This document shows positions 30,207 through 32,000 of a stretch of DNA of 32,000 bases, piece after piece. The stretch lies in the IMG/VR virus record IMGVR_UViG_3300037608_000250, positions 2,590 through 34,589 of that record. One strand, given 5' to 3'. Position numbers and translations under genes: made by a program. Each line of letters starts with the position of its first letter. Positions within the stretch are counted from its first letter, which is position 1. The notes under the pieces are model-generated. The model ran no database searches, was not told the DNA's origin, and saw nothing but the letters and a program-made list of their open reading frames with translations. This stretch comes from a virus.

Positions 30207-31639
30207 TCAGAGGAGTCAGAGCGGTAAAGGTACTCAGTTCGCCCCTGCCGGCGGCAACCTCAAGCCTGGTCCCGTGCTATATCGGCATGGCGCCGTACTG
30301 GCACACGGGCACCGGCTGGGCGGCCAAAGCAGGTCAGGCCTTTATCTGCAACAGTTTCGAGGAATTCAAGGCACAGATCGGATACTATGAACCGGCATCG
30401 GGCAGATGGCCGCAGCATGTGTCGCTTTGCGAGGCTGCGGCAGCTCACTTCAAACGCGCTGCGAGCCCGGTCGGCCCGATCATCTGCGTCGTCAATGCGC
30501 TTACGCTTTCGACGGCAGCGGCAACACCGGCGACGATCGCGTTCGTGGGCGGTATCGCAAATCTGGACGTCTCCGGCCTTGCGATCCTAAGCACCGCAGC
30601 CATCACCGGCAAAACGCTCGGGACTGACTACACCGTGGCGTATGACGAAGCCGGCCGGAAGCTCGTGTTCACGGATCTCACCGGCGAACTGGTTTCCGAA
30701 ACTGCCACTTACAACGTTGTGGTCATTCCACAAACGCTCACCATGTCCGAAACAACGATGGACGTTCTGGATACGATGGACCAGGACATCAGCAGGCATC
30801 CGGCAGTGGTTGCCGCGCCCGGCTGGGAGAGCGGGGCGATCGGCACCGGAACGGTCGGTGCCGCAATACAGGCGCTGGCCAACAACAAGATCGGCGGGCA
30901 CTGGTACGTGCAGGCTTATGTTCAGCTTTCTTCAGACGCTTATGCGAGTGTCGCCGGCGAGAAAATGTCGGCAGCGTACTCAAGCCCTCAGTTGCGCGCC
31001 TGCTGGCCGTATACCTGCAGGGACGGGTTGGTGTATTCGCTCGTCACAAGACTGCTCGTGGCCAAAATGCTTACCGATATCGCGCGCGGCGGCGTTCCCT
31101 GCGAAAGCGCTTCGAACAAGATAGCCGACATCGACTTCCCTTGCGAGGATGACGGGACGAAGATTAAGCTGACGGAGAGCCAGGCTGATGCGCTCAACGG
31201 CATTGGCATCACGACGATCAAATGGATCGCCGGCAGCTGGCGCACATGGGGCAACAAGATGTCCAACTACCTGTCCGCCTCTGCTGAGAGCATCCTGCCA
31301 GAACATCTCAACGACGTCGCCGTGCAGATGCTGGACTACATCTGCAACGACTTTCAGGAACGCAACCTTGCGCTCATCGACGCGCCGATGTCGCGTCGCG
31401 TGGCCAGAGCGGTCGTTGACGACTACCAGGTCGTCCTCAACATGCTCAATGCCATTGAAGGCATCATGTACGGAAGGATCTACCTTGATCCGACCAAGAA
31501 CACAACCCGGGAGTTGGTAGCCGGTGACCTGACGTACGGCTTGGTCGTGACGCCCACGCCGCCGATCAACAGCCTGACCGGCGAGGTTCAGTATACCGCG
31601 CAAGGCCTGGGCGCGATCACAGAGGGGGGTGTCGTCTGA
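30203..31639 (+). CDS. Contractile tail sheath protein
   Basis: 478 aa. The N-terminus GVRAVKVLSSPLPAATSSLVPCYIGMAP and the C-terminus ...GITTIKWIAGSWRTWGNKMSNY...VVDDYQVVLNMLNAIEGIMYGRIYLDP fit the sheath pattern. A tube gene follows. Confidence 0.75.
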   Translation: MIRGVRAVKVLSSPLPAATSSLVPCYIGMAPYWHTGTGWAAKAGQAFICNSFEEFKAQIGYYEPASGRWPQHVSLCEAAAAHFKRAASPVGPIICVVNALTLSTAAATPATIAFVGGIANLDVSGLAILSTAAITGKTLGTDYTVAYDEAGRKLVFTDLTGELVSETATYNVVVIPQTLTMSETTMDVLDTMDQDISRHPAVVAAPGWESGAIGTGTVGAAIQALANNKIGGHWYVQAYVQLSSDAYASVAGEKMSAAYSSPQLRACWPYTCRDGLVYSLVTRLLVAKMLTDIARGGVPCESASNKIADIDFPCEDDGTKIKLTESQADALNGIGITTIKWIAGSWRTWGNKMSNYLSASAESILPEHLNDVAVQMLDYICNDFQERNLALIDAPMSRRVARAVVDDYQVVLNMLNAIEGIMYGRIYLDPTKNTTRELVAGDLTYGLVVTPTPPINSLTGEVQYTAQGLGAITEGGVV

Positions 31640-32000
31640 TGCCTATTATCCATGCAAGCAAAGTCAACGATATTTACCCCGAGGTCAAGGTCGGGGGTAA
31701 GTATGAGCTCATCGAGGACGTCACAAAGTTCAAGCTGCCGGGCGTTGAGTACGGTGACGGCGAGATCTCCGGCGCCGGCCTGATTGGTATCCTGAACCGG
31801 CCGGACATCTATAATCCCGCTGCAATGGAGCTTACATTGGCAACGCGGAGCCTCCGGGATAAGGCTACCGCGGCGCTGAGCCCCGACGGCGCGGAGTTCC
31901 GCTTCGCCTGGGCGATCCAGAACCTCTCTGCCTCGGATGCCGGCGCGGATTTCGACTCGTACATGGCCACCGTCAAAGGTTGGCCGAAAACCGTGCCCGG
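31639..32000 (+). CDS. Tail tube protein (partial; runs off the right edge)
   Basis: ATG 31639 overlaps the sheath TGA. MPIIHASKVNDIYPEVKVGGKYELIEDVTKFKLPGVEYGDGEISGAGLIGILNRP resembles P2 FII/Mu gpM-type tube N-termini. Absent from the ORF track because it has no stop in the window. Confidence 0.65.
   Translation, partial: MPIIHASKVNDIYPEVKVGGKYELIEDVTKFKLPGVEYGDGEISGAGLIGILNRPDIYNPAAMELTLATRSLRDKATAALSPDGAEFRFAWAIQNLSASDAGADFDSYMATVKGWPKTVP

Noticed and set aside
22040-31603. Many long minus-strand ORFs across the late operon (e.g. 22040..22786, 22953..23807, 25455..26276, 25849..26493, 26409..27183, 27337..28179, 30980..31603).
   Set aside because: They are antisense shadows of well-supported plus-strand structural genes in GC-rich DNA. 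Their translations are Arg/Ser/Pro/Cys-rich and low in complexity, they lack SD sequences, and they overlap one another.
1-32000. Global reassignment of TAA (alternative genetic code) as the explanation for the in-frame TAA codons.
   Set aside because: TAA also ends many well-delimited genes here, each directly followed by the next gene's SD/start or by a terminator. These include res, all four island genes, the TA pair and the ImmA-like gene. Stop-codon recoding known in phages involves TAG or TGA, not TAA. Local nonsense mutation or leaky read-through is more economical.
1-32000. A search by eye for tRNA/rRNA genes, CRISPR repeat-spacer arrays, transposases/IS ends and attL/attR direct repeats.
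   Set aside because: I recognised none. The integrase gene runs off the left edge, so the attachment site and any tRNA target would lie outside the window. A proper tRNA or repeat scan could still find small elements that I missed.

Overview
The window is the integrase-proximal ~32 kb of an integrated temperate phage. Ribosome-binding sites are strong GGAGG-type, as in Bacillota, but the host cannot be identified from the window. From left to right it contains the following.
- A partial tyrosine integrase (minus strand, runs off the left edge, absent from the ORF track) and two small genes.
- A low-GC Type III restriction-modification cassette, with mod interrupted by one in-frame TAA and res intact.
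- A membrane-anchored orphan gene.
- A divergent CI-like/Cro-like XRE immunity switch with operator-like repeats.
- A GC-rich early region: several HTH proteins, an HNH/DUF968-like protein, a replisome-organiser-like protein, a secreted SleB-like hydrolase, an SPPY beta-class DNA methyltransferase and a Gp37/Gp68 (DUF5131) Cys-cluster protein.
- Two sigma-region-4-like late regulators bracketing a low-GC DUF4258 / zinc-ribbon-HTH / ImmA-IrrE cassette.
- A second low-GC island (17.87-20.87 kb) with a tightly coupled four-gene operon: a small Gly-rich protein, a PfkB-kinase::nucleoside-2-deoxyribosyltransferase-like fusion, a QueC-like PP-loop enzyme and an HhH-GPD glycosylase. This operon is my best candidate for an undescribed nucleobase/nucleotide-centred defence or modification system.
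- A Gp49(HigB)-like/XRE toxin-antitoxin pair.
- The GC-rich late operon: Nu1-like TerS, GpA-type TerL, gpW, lambda-family portal, S78 protease::major capsid fusion, DUF2190 decoration protein, gpZ-like protein, tail sheath and a partial tail tube.
Four genes carry in-frame stop codons with homologous-looking sequence continuing downstream. I saw no rRNA, tRNA, CRISPR array or transposase. All family assignments come from motif recognition by eye, not from searches.
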